Assembly (NCBI GenBank): GCA_963666055.2
Contig: CAXWPH010000015.1
Span: forward strand, 2,112,001 to 2,176,000
From: Acidobacteriota bacterium
Lineage (GTDB): Bacteria > Acidobacteriota > UBA890 > WLXD01
Length of the DNA: 64,000 nt
Reading direction: 5' to 3'
Part shown: positions 8,142-16,262 of the stretch, in pieces
Numbering within the stretch: position 1 is the stretch's first letter
How the letters are laid out: every line of letters starts with the position of its first letter
Position numbers and translations under genes: made by a program
Notes under the pieces: generated by a model
The model's input: the letters and a program-made list of their open reading frames with translations, nothing else
Told to the model about the DNA's origin: nothing
Databases searched by the model: none

Positions 8142-8389
8142 CCACTGATTATTACACGAGTTACATTACACGCCTACCGTTAGCCCACGAGGAAGATTCG
8201 GTCGGCCGGCGTTCAGCGAGCGGGAAACAGCGCCGTGCTGCGGGATATCAGGGCGTGTCTGAGCAGGCAGATTACTGGCGATCTTGTCGGGCGGGCTGGG
8301 GGACCAGGGGTGACGTGTGTGTGGGGCGGCATGCGGCGACTACAAGGGGGACGAATTCGACGCGCCGCCGGCACAGGGACGGGCCGTCA

Positions 8390-8839
8390 TCACTTTGCCG
8401 GGTACCTCTTCCGAACGACGCTGGCAAGGCTTACGCCGATCTCAAGATCGTCCGCGTGCAAGCCGCGGATCTCGGAGTGCGAAGCTGATCCAGGCTGAGG
8501 GTCGTGCATCGTCTGGACATCCAATTGATTGCTTTCTGCAAGGTTGCGCTCCAGCGTGCCGACCCTCAACAAGGCCAAGACGGCGCTAACGCGGCGCGTT
8601 ATCCCCTGGCCGTCGAGATCCTGGCGGATGCTCTCGACTTTTGCATCGTCATCGGAGAGCGTGCTGTAGTACTCAAGCCAATTGACCGAGAGACAACCTT
8701 GGTCCTGCGAACGAGGCATGAATGCACCCGGACCGGGCTTGCCGTCTTTCTCAAGGTGGCTTCCACCGCAGTAACGAATCACATGATCCTTCGACGGTAT
8801 TCTGCCTGCCGAAGGGACAACGTTGGTGGACTCGATCAC
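8390..8839 (-). CDS. Hypothetical protein, putative ADP-ribosyltransferase-fold toxin
   Basis: VIRY...AF.PR....LSVNW...H.P....SHSEI.G pattern resembles ART R-S-type strands; ATGA overlap with the upstream gene. Confidence 0.55.
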   Translation of the reverse strand: MIESTNVVPSAGRIPSKDHVIRYCGGSHLEKDGKPGPGAFMPRSQDQGCLSVNWLEYYSTLSDDDAKVESIRQDLDGQGITRRVSAVLALLRVGTLERNLAESNQLDVQTMHDPQPGSASHSEIRGLHADDLEIGVSLASVVRKRYPAK

Positions 8840-9636
8840 GATTGAACAACTCCCAGTCGACCTAGCCGCTCCACGAGTTCGCGCTGATCCACGGTGCCGG
8901 CGACACGAGTCTCGGGACGGGATCTACGGCGCTGGATCAGCACGAATCGGGCACGACCCTCGGCTTGGAACTCGACAACCAACTGCTGGCGTCTCCCCCG
9001 CCACTCGGCAATCCAGCCACCATGAGGACTCAAAGTAACCTCGGGCTCGCCAAACCCTGATCGCACTAGGAAGGTCAGGAGAGCACGTAGGCCCGGGGGA
9101 CTAGGCTCCACGTTATCGGCCTCTTCAGCCTGCATCTCCATTAGGCATCGAAGGCGATCTGGAAGATCCTGAGAGAGGCCAGGTGCAGTCAAGGCGTGTT
9201 TCTTCGCCCACCCGACAAGCTCCACACACGCGATATTCGCCCCGGGTATCAACGTTGCTTCAAGAGTCTCCCAGGGAGCGGTGAGCAGTCTCCGCCAGGT
9301 AACGCCCGTACTTCGCACCGCATGTAACGCCCTTCTGACAAGGGTCAGTGCGCGAAGCCATGTGACGGCAGAACGTGCTAGGACACCCGGGTCACTCGGC
9401 AGGCGCTCCGCGACGTAGACTGACTGGTCTGTCCGGATTGGCTCCCAGGGGCGTTCTTGCCGCTGCCCCGATATCTCGGGCGCCCACTCTCGCAGTCGCG
9501 TGACCGACCTCGTGTTTAAGGACACTCCGAGGCTCATGAATCGCTGTCCCGCGACCTCGTACGTAACTCGTGGGTATCCAGTGTCGAATGGGGCCACATT
9601 GATATGTGTCGAAGATGTGTCGGCGGCGGGACTCAT
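8836..9636 (-). CDS. Hypothetical protein, putative antitoxin
   Basis: 266-aa ORF coupled by ATGA overlaps on both sides; C-terminal domain RL..L...PS..LRALL.FL...EP.VTLSP.GG..AEW...LVVEF. Confidence 0.6.
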   Translation of the reverse strand: MSPAADTSSTHINVAPFDTGYPRVTYEVAGQRFMSLGVSLNTRSVTRLREWAPEISGQRQERPWEPIRTDQSVYVAERLPSDPGVLARSAVTWLRALTLVRRALHAVRSTGVTWRRLLTAPWETLEATLIPGANIACVELVGWAKKHALTAPGLSQDLPDRLRCLMEMQAEEADNVEPSPPGLRALLTFLVRSGFGEPEVTLSPHGGWIAEWRGRRQQLVVEFQAEGRARFVLIQRRRSRPETRVAGTVDQRELVERLGRLGVVQS

Positions 9637-9986
9637 GCTTCCTTCGGTGCGACTTCGTCACCGCCGGGATCGTGCTTTTGTTGTTTGGCCTGGAGGAACC
9701 GAGCGGTGTTGTCCCCCAGAGCAGCCATTATCTTCAACATAGCCTCTGGACAAATCACCAAACGCGCTACGGGCTTTACGGAGATGTGATCTGGAACGTC
9801 ATCTGGTCGCTTCGACAGGTCGGGGATGTGCGGAGAGAACGCTTGGCCGAAGACGATGTAGAACTCTCCATTCCCGTGCGAGACGATGACTTGGTTCGCG
9901 CATTGCACATCGAGGTCGCTGCCATCCTCCCAGCGAAGCTGGACCTGGATGCCCGCCGGCTCTTTGGGCGATTCTTGATCTGCCAT
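9633..9986 (-). CDS. DUF3467-like protein (117 aa)
   Basis: GAGGT RBS before ATG 9986; ANQV.VS...EFYI.FG...PVARLVI.P....I..AL..N pattern. Confidence 0.65.
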   Translation of the reverse strand: MADQESPKEPAGIQVQLRWEDGSDLDVQCANQVIVSHGNGEFYIVFGQAFSPHIPDLSKRPDDVPDHISVKPVARLVICPEAMLKIMAALGDNTARFLQAKQQKHDPGGDEVAPKEA

Positions 9987-10328
9987 CTGAGACCTCATCA
10001 AGTTAGGAGCCGGGGCGAGACGTGTCAGGCACGAGCGAATCGTGGAATTCATGCCCTGACACCAGGGTGTCAGTCTAGAGGAGAAGGACCGGCAAGAAGT
10101 CAAGCCTAGTGTCTCGGATCGGTCGATTCCAGGAGTCGAATACCGTGGGGAGGAGGGGGAGCGAATCGCCCGCACCCGGAATGGTTACTCCAGGGTGCGT
10201 ATAGGGTGCACTTCTCGTCACCACAGGCCACAGAGCCCCTTGGTATAAGGGCTTGTCGCGGGTGGCGAAATAATGTTCCACAATCACCCGTATCGACGAT
10301 TCGGCGACGAGTCGAGAGGACGTCGGAA

Positions 10329-10646
10329 TCACCTGGCAGATCCCGCAAGCCGGTAAAGGACCTCGTCTGCCTCGCGACGGGCGTCGTTGTCATCGTTTAC
10401 TCGTTCCATCCAGTCCAGCAAATCGCCCCACAGGACACGGACCTTGCCCCCGCCTGGCGGTCGACGCGCCGGGAGCGGACGGCTGGGTCGGCGTGTCCAC
10501 TTGTGTACGGTCGACGGGTCGCATTCACAAAGCTGGGCGATCCGCGCCACCGGCAGGAGCGATTGGCGCGACACGGGAGGAGGTCCGTCAAGGTCGTCGG
10601 CGAGAGATCGGAGACCGTCTGCAAGCCGCTTGAATTCCGTGCTCAA
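10329..10646 (-). CDS. Excisionase-like HTH DNA-binding protein
   Basis: GAGGGG before TTG 10646; LLPVARIAQLCECDPSTVHKW...LPA.R..GGG.VRV...DLLDW. Confidence 0.7.
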   Translation of the reverse strand: MSTEFKRLADGLRSLADDLDGPPPVSRQSLLPVARIAQLCECDPSTVHKWTRRPSRPLPARRPPGGGKVRVLWGDLLDWMERVNDDNDARREADEVLYRLAGSAR

Positions 10647-10719
10647 CAGCCACCCCTCGTTGATTGAGGCCCAGCTGATCTGGCGGGCTGCTCTCCGGAC
10701 GCACCGGCGTGCAAGGTTC

Positions 10720-11400
10720 TCACGATGCTGGGCGCAATCTGTGGTCAGGTGCGATGACTTCAACGCAACGGCAAACGTGCTTGATCCTCGACATGAGCCG
10801 CGTCCCGATGTAGCCGACGAGCTGCTCCTGGCTCAAGTTCGTTGTCATCATTACTGGGCTCGCTTGCTCGTACCGAAGACCCAACAAGTCGGTCAGCTTT
10901 TCGAATTTCCAGTCGGTCGTTCGCTGCGCCCCGACTTCATCGAGGACGAGAACATCCACGCCGAGGAGTTCGTTGAATACTTCCGTCTCCGACTCGATCA
11001 CGCTTGGCTGCATCGCGTCCTTGAGCCGTCGGAAGAGTGCCGGTGTCGAGATGAACCTTCCCGAAGCGCCCTTCTCGATGAGAGCATGTAGCGTACTTAC
11101 CAAGAGGTGCGTCTTGCCCCCGCCCGGTGGGCCGTGAAGCAACAATCCACGGTCCACACCCGAACCGTAGCTGTCGACTACTTCGAGACAGGCTGCGTGC
11201 GCTGATCTAGCGGATTCGGATACGCCCGTGTCGAAATTGTCGAACTGCATCTGCGCATACATCGGTGGGATGCCGGCAGCGTGGCAACGCCGCGCAGCGA
11301 TGGCAAGCAGACGGCATTCGCAGCGCCTGACAGGCTGGCCAGCCGATTCGAGACCCACAAAGCCGGTGTCGCCGCATTTTCGACAAGTGTCGTCGCTCAT
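10720..11400 (-). CDS. DnaC/IstB-like AAA+ helicase loader
   Basis: N-terminal CxxC..CEC; Walker A GPPGGGKT; Walker B LVLDEVG; MMTTNL; ATGA overlap with rep. Confidence 0.9.
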   Translation of the reverse strand: MSDDTCRKCGDTGFVGLESAGQPVRRCECRLLAIAARRCHAAGIPPMYAQMQFDNFDTGVSESARSAHAACLEVVDSYGSGVDRGLLLHGPPGGGKTHLLVSTLHALIEKGASGRFISTPALFRRLKDAMQPSVIESETEVFNELLGVDVLVLDEVGAQRTTDWKFEKLTDLLGLRYEQASPVMMTTNLSQEQLVGYIGTRLMSRIKHVCRCVEVIAPDHRLRPAS

Positions 11401-12152
11401 GTGTAGTACTCGCGTGAGATGGTGAGGCCATCCGGGCCCTGAACTGGTAAAGCGGGTTCGATCTCGTCCTCCCAACGGCGCTGGTTCAGCCAGGAGGCGG
11501 GGCGCGGAACGTAGCGTCCGCTGTCTCTTTGCCATTCCCTCTGTTTGCTCTGCTGGGCGACGGCCTCGAGCAGGTCAACTATGGGGGGACGTAGCTCGGC
11601 AGTCTTGCCCCACGCCTTCTGCGCTGCGCCCCTCCCCTGCCTGCGCGGGTACGAGCTCCAGAACCGATCAAAGCCTGAACTTTGATTCCGCGCACCAAGA
11701 GAGTCTTTCTTCTTTCGTCTCGGTTCTTTCTTCTTACTTAGGGTGCCGCCGGTAGGGCCGTCGGTCGTTACCTCGGTAGTGCCGTCGGTGGTGCCGTCGG
11801 TCTGCCGTTGGTCCTCATCGACTGCCTGGAATCCCAAGAAGTTACAGACCGTTACGAGGTTACCGCGGTTTGCCCTCGGCTCGGTCGTCAGCATCCCCGC
11901 TGCGGCGAGCTTGTCGGCCGCTCGGCGGAGCTGCTTCACGGTCAATCCGGTGGTGTCGGCCATTTCGCGCCAACACGCGAAGTACTGGCCCGGCTGTAGC
12001 ACTAGAATCTGCCCGGCTACATCCCAAGGAGTCGGTTTGTACGCGGCGCGTTCAATCGAGTAGCGGAAGAAGAGGCTGGCCGCCGCATCGCCACGCAACA
12101 CCGGGTTCTGAATGATGCGGCGGTGCATCTTCACCCAGCCACCATGGCTCAA
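11397..12152 (-). CDS. Phage-type replication initiator (replisome organizer)
   Basis: N-terminal GWVKMHR.I; C-terminal FDRFWSSYPRR...YVPRPASWLNQRRWEDE. Confidence 0.85.
   Translation of the reverse strand: MSHGGWVKMHRRIIQNPVLRGDAAASLFFRYSIERAAYKPTPWDVAGQILVLQPGQYFACWREMADTTGLTVKQLRRAADKLAAAGMLTTEPRANRGNLVTVCNFLGFQAVDEDQRQTDGTTDGTTEVTTDGPTGGTLSKKKEPRRKKKDSLGARNQSSGFDRFWSSYPRRQGRGAAQKAWGKTAELRPPIVDLLEAVAQQSKQREWQRDSGRYVPRPASWLNQRRWEDEIEPALPVQGPDGLTISREYYT
11743..11802. repeat. Five 12-bp tandem repeats (putative iterons) inside the rep gene
   Basis: gtgccgccggta / gggccgtcggtc / gttacctcggta / gtgccgtcggtg / gtgccgtcggtc, next to a T-rich tract at 11704-11740. Confidence 0.7.
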
Positions 12153-12400
12153 GTCCCGCCGCGCCCGGCGTCAGACGATGAGAGAGGCTCGGCGTAGAAC
12201 ACCTCGCCGATCTCACGATCCAGCGCGCCAGCGATCCGAAAGGCCGATTCCAATCGCATCGCCGGACGGTGCCCGTTGGCGATGCGCGACAAAGCCGGCT
12301 CCGTGATCCCGGCCCGGTGGGCGAGTATGCGAAGGGGGGTGTTCCCTCGTAGTAGGTGGATTCGGTTAGAGATTCGAACGGCTGCTTCCAGATTCGTCAC
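12149..12400 (-). CDS. Cro-like XRE HTH regulator
   Basis: LAHRAGITEPALSRIANG...IAGALD; divergent from the cI-like gene. Confidence 0.85.
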   Translation of the reverse strand: MTNLEAAVRISNRIHLLRGNTPLRILAHRAGITEPALSRIANGHRPAMRLESAFRIAGALDREIGEVFYAEPLSSSDAGRGGT

Positions 12401-12423
12401 CGCGAGCGCCTTCCAAGTGTTGA

Positions 12424-12481
12424 TTTAAGAGTAACGATAAGCCATACTCTTAAAGCTATGACGGAATGATGATACTGTCAA
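12424..12481 (-). promoter_or_regulatory. Switch region: perfect 10-bp inverted repeat operator and leftward sigma70 promoter
   Basis: tttaagagta (12424-12433) N11 tactcttaaa (12445-12454); minus strand TTGACA-N17-TAGCTT (12481 to 12453). Confidence 0.7.
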
Positions 12482-12528
12482 GGCTAATGCCTCTTGTATC
12501 TGTGTGACGAAACAGGGAGGTTCCCGAA

Positions 12529-13086
12529 TTGCCAAGGGATTCGGCGGTTGGAAAGCGGATCAGAGAACTTCGAGGTAGCCGGACCGTGCGGGAACTCGCC
12601 GGAATGGCGCGGATGAGCCCTTCGGCGCTCTCTCGTATTGAGAACGGTCACGTGAAGCCTGAGTACGGAACGCTCGAGAAGATTGCTGGAGCGCTGAACC
12701 TCGAAGTCTCCGACATCATCGGCGCACAACCTGACCGGGTCGTATGGATGGAGGTGCCCGAGAACGCTCCACCCGAGTTCCAGGAGTTCCTGCGGGAAGC
12801 GCTCCGCAGCACGCCGTTACTGCCTGTCGATCGCCTGCTGCTGGAACACGAACTCCGGAGCTCCACGGCTCCGACGACCGTCGGCGAATGGCATATGAAA
12901 CTCGCCGATTTGCGTCGGACACCCCGTTACAACCTTATGCAACTGATTCTCGACAGCGACGCCTTTCCAGAGTCGATTTGGCCGATGGCGCTAATGATGG
13001 TCCAGACTTTGAGAGATGTTTCCACGGGGGCTATCGAGATCGGCAAGGGGGGAGCATTCGATAAGGCTACAGTCTTCCGCACTTGA
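12529..13086 (+). CDS. CI-like XRE repressor (no recognisable S24 peptidase domain)
   Basis: GGGAGG RBS; VGKRIRELR...ELA...MSPSALSRIENG...TLEKIAGAL. Confidence 0.85.
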   Translation: MPRDSAVGKRIRELRGSRTVRELAGMARMSPSALSRIENGHVKPEYGTLEKIAGALNLEVSDIIGAQPDRVVWMEVPENAPPEFQEFLREALRSTPLLPVDRLLLEHELRSSTAPTTVGEWHMKLADLRRTPRYNLMQLILDSDAFPESIWPMALMMVQTLRDVSTGAIEIGKGGAFDKATVFRT

Positions 13087-13108
13087 CGTAAGTAGCGATG
13101 AGGAGGGG

Positions 13109-13765
13109 ATGAAGGCGTACACGGTGGATCAACTCGATCGACTGTTGAGCGCCGTACCGGAGGTCTGTCCCGACACCGATCGCCGACTGCTGATCGAAAC
13201 GCTTGCCGCTTCAGCATGTCGGATCTCCGAGGTGCTTGGCCTACAGCATGATGACCTCGACAGGGTGGCGTGCGAGCTTACGGTCCGTCGTCAGTTGTAC
13301 CAGGGGCAGGAGACTACGCCGAAGGGGCGCCGCTCGAGGGTGGTATTGATGCCCGACCACTTAGTGGCTCGGTTGCGGCAGTTGCGCGTTGAGCAGGAGC
13401 AACGAGCCCTAGCTCAGGGTCGTGTCATGACGCCGTGGATGTTTCAGCAGCACAACGGTCGTCCGTTCCTCGGTGGGCCTCTGAGGGTTCGCTCTTGGAA
13501 GCGTATCGTCCGCCGCGCAGGGGTGCCCGACCACGGGTTCCACGGTCTGCGCCACACTCGCATTTCTTTGTGGATGGAGGCGGGCGTCAACCCCCGTCGC
13601 ATTGCCTCGATGGCAGGCCACCGGAACATGACGTACACGATGCAGAAGTACGGTCACGTAATCCCCGATGCCGACATGTTGGTGCACCCGGCCAAGGTGC
13701 CCTACAGAGGTCGAAGCACGGCGCGGAGCCGGGAAATGCAGTCGGGAGACCAACTAGCCCAGTAG
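13109..13765 (+). CDS. Tyrosine recombinase, catalytic domain only (218 aa)
   Basis: AGGAGG RBS; ACRISE (R), TPKG (K), HGLRH, AGH, KYGH (Y). Confidence 0.9.
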   Translation: MKAYTVDQLDRLLSAVPEVCPDTDRRLLIETLAASACRISEVLGLQHDDLDRVACELTVRRQLYQGQETTPKGRRSRVVLMPDHLVARLRQLRVEQEQRALAQGRVMTPWMFQQHNGRPFLGGPLRVRSWKRIVRRAGVPDHGFHGLRHTRISLWMEAGVNPRRIASMAGHRNMTYTMQKYGHVIPDADMLVHPAKVPYRGRSTARSREMQSGDQLAQ

Positions 13766-13861
13766 CTAGATGTGCCCCCGCTGCACCCTATATGCGACCA
13801 TCGGAAACGGGATGTCGATAGATGGTCCTCATAAGTCTTTTATGATCAGACTGTTAAGGGC

Positions 13862-16135
13862 CTAGAGCATGATCAAATACGTAAACTTCAAGATGATTGC
13901 CCGGTTCAGGGGCCGGAGCGGAGTGCCGGTGCCCCAGTCCTGGTTATAGACCAGGAATATGTCGGCGCCGGGTCGGTAGATCCAGTTGAGACGCGAGTTC
14001 AAAGTCAGCAGATCACTCGAGCTGTTGTATTGCACCAGCGTGTTCCAGAACAGGTCGGGCGAGAACGCCAGCTTGAAACGCTGCCGTAACACGCTGGCCT
14101 TAAAGGAGCCCCCGGGCAGGTCAACGTTGTTGTAGCTCCAGGCGGTCTCGGCCGACAGCAGTCGGCTCAAGCGCAGGGTCAGCGTGCTGTTGCCCATGAA
14201 GCGTGTGCCGCCGAAGAAACTGCCCTTCGTGTAGAAGCCGAAGAACGAGACCGGGCGGCTGCCATCGGTTCGCAGGAAGACGCCCACGTCGGTGAACTTG
14301 TAGTCGCCCGACGGGATGAAGATGCCGTCCTGGATCTCGAAGTCCTCGAACAGCCGTTCGAAGTTGTAGCTGGCAAAGACCGAGACACGGTCGCCGGCGC
14401 GGGTGTCGAAGCCGAAGAAACGAAAGGTGGAGTCGACGGTCTCGACCGTTCCATCCGACAGCGTGACAACCCCGGTGCGCTGACTGAAGGTCAAGTTGCG
14501 CACCCCGAGGTTGTTTGCAGGGCGGGGCTCGAAGTCGACGTTGTAGTCATAGCGGCGGATTCCGTCGCGCAGCAGGAATCCCATCTCCGGTCGGAAGTTG
14601 TCGCGAATCTCGGTAATGCTGGCGCGCGCCCTCAAGACGCGACCGCGGTAGTTGAAGCCAGCGCCGCCAGCCCAATCGGTGACCGCGTCGCTGCCGAGCT
14701 CCTTGTCGCGGCTGGCAGCGAAGAAGCCCGTAAGGTTCACACGGCGCGAGGGGTTGAAGTCGACATCGATGCCGGCGACGCGGTTCCACTGGTCGCCGCT
14801 AACCTGCTTGTTGGTGTAGATGGCACCGATGCTGGATCGCTCACCGATGTTGCGCTTGACTCTCGCAACGCCCCAGTTTGTCGCCCCTACATCGATGTCA
14901 CCGTCGTCGCCTAGACCGCTGACGGCGCTGGTCTGCACGTCCATCAACCCGAAGTTCCAGCCGCCGCCGCGACCCGTAAAGCGAGCTCCGACGCGAAGCG
15001 GGATGATGCCACCTTCGTCAAGGCCGATGCGCCGCGAGAAGAACATCCTCAGCAGGGGAGCTCGCATCCCCCCACCCTGTTGACGGCTCGGGCCAAAATT
15101 GAAGATGCCGGCGTTCTCGAGGAAGAACTCGCGCTTCTCGGGGAAGAACAGCGAGAACCGAGTTAGGTTTATGCGCTCGTCGTCGGCCTCTGCCTGGGCG
15201 AAGTCGGTGTTGGCTGTGAGGTCGAGCGTCATGTTGTTTGTCACGCCCCAGCGCAGCAGATCCAGACCGCCGTCGAAATCCTCGCCGGGACTGTCGGCGG
15301 GAGTCTCGAAGTCGCGTCCGCTACTGGCGACGCCGAACGGCTTGGCGCGCAGGTTGACGCCGGGCTGGAGGCCTCCCATTCCCGTCAGGTCTCCGGCCAG
15401 TGACATCCGCGGCAGGTTGGCGTCGCGCCCGACTGGCGCCCAGAGCGCCTCTTCGTTGTTGCGCCGGATGAGGCGACGGATGTTCAATCCCCAGGTGTCG
15501 TTGTCGGGGTCGAAGCGCAAGGTGGAAAACGGGATCGAGAGCTCGGCGCTCCATCCGTCCGGCGTGCGCCTCGCCGCAACGGTCCAAACGCCATCCCACT
15601 CGAAGTCCGGGTTGCGCTCGTTCTCGATGAGCGCGTCGGCGCGGGCGCCGTTCGGGTTGGTCTCGAAGTAGAACGCATTGCGTCGGTCGAGGAAGGTGTC
15701 GAGAACTATGATGATGGAGTCGTCGTTGCCGTAGGCGCCCTGGACGCCACGAAACCCACCGAACGAGCCTGAGCCGTCGCGCTGCATCTCCTTGGCGACG
15801 ATTGAACCCGGTGCGCTGTCGAAGGCCATCACCCCCACGTAGAGTCGGTCGCCGTCGCGTGCGACGCGCACCTCGGTACGTTCGGTCGCCGGCGCCCCCG
15901 TATCCGGATTGCGCTGCTCAAAGCCGGTGGCCACGGCGGCGCGTTGCCAGAACGGCTCATCGAGGTGACCGTCGAGTGCGACGCGCTCGTCGATGACTAG
16001 CGCTTCGAGCGAGCGGGAGCGCGACTGCGCGGCGGCCGGTGCGCTGGCAAGCGTCAACAGGGCGACCACCACGACGAGGCGGACCCATGGGCTCAGCGTC
16101 AGGGGCGCGCGCTGCGCGCAGGCGGCGATGTTCAT
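13862..16135 (-). CDS. CBM9-like/DUF5916 outer-membrane protein
   Basis: Signal peptide; LDG.LDE..W, NTDFAQ.EAD..INLTRFSLFFPEKREFFLE, FFSRRIG; beta-barrel-like C-terminus. Confidence 0.85.
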   Translation of the reverse strand: MNIAACAQRAPLTLSPWVRLVVVVALLTLASAPAAAQSRSRSLEALVIDERVALDGHLDEPFWQRAAVATGFEQRNPDTGAPATERTEVRVARDGDRLYVGVMAFDSAPGSIVAKEMQRDGSGSFGGFRGVQGAYGNDDSIIIVLDTFLDRRNAFYFETNPNGARADALIENERNPDFEWDGVWTVAARRTPDGWSAELSIPFSTLRFDPDNDTWGLNIRRLIRRNNEEALWAPVGRDANLPRMSLAGDLTGMGGLQPGVNLRAKPFGVASSGRDFETPADSPGEDFDGGLDLLRWGVTNNMTLDLTANTDFAQAEADDERINLTRFSLFFPEKREFFLENAGIFNFGPSRQQGGGMRAPLLRMFFSRRIGLDEGGIIPLRVGARFTGRGGGWNFGLMDVQTSAVSGLGDDGDIDVGATNWGVARVKRNIGERSSIGAIYTNKQVSGDQWNRVAGIDVDFNPSRRVNLTGFFAASRDKELGSDAVTDWAGGAGFNYRGRVLRARASITEIRDNFRPEMGFLLRDGIRRYDYNVDFEPRPANNLGVRNLTFSQRTGVVTLSDGTVETVDSTFRFFGFDTRAGDRVSVFASYNFERLFEDFEIQDGIFIPSGDYKFTDVGVFLRTDGSRPVSFFGFYTKGSFFGGTRFMGNSTLTLRLSRLLSAETAWSYNNVDLPGGSFKASVLRQRFKLAFSPDLFWNTLVQYNSSSDLLTLNSRLNWIYRPGADIFLVYNQDWGTGTPLRPLNRAIILKFTYLIML

Positions 16136-16262
16136 CGTCAGGCGGGGGAGGAGGCCAGGACCCTGAGCAGCGACCTTGTATCTCAGGGAAGTTCAGGCGC
16201 GGCGCAGCCTACCATGGTGCGGTCGGGCGGGCGGGACATCCTTACATATCCTTACAATCGGG

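Larger units (their letters stand above)
10329..13860. mobile_element. Integrative phage-satellite/defective-prophage core (xis, loader, rep, cro, cI, int); left boundary uncertain, cargo may extend to ~1630
   Basis: Lambdoid-type gene order and divergent switch; no capsid, terminase or tail genes in the window; host genes resume at 13862. Confidence 0.8.

Noticed and set aside
1631-8330. CRISPR array, DGR or integron explanation for the repeats
   Set aside because: No regularly spaced short repeats, no reverse transcriptase, differences not adenine-specific, and no attC pattern or IntI motif
10260-10290. dif-like site (ggcgaaataatgttcc)
   Set aside because: Only a loose XerC-arm resemblance; no XerD arm (TTATGTTAAAT)
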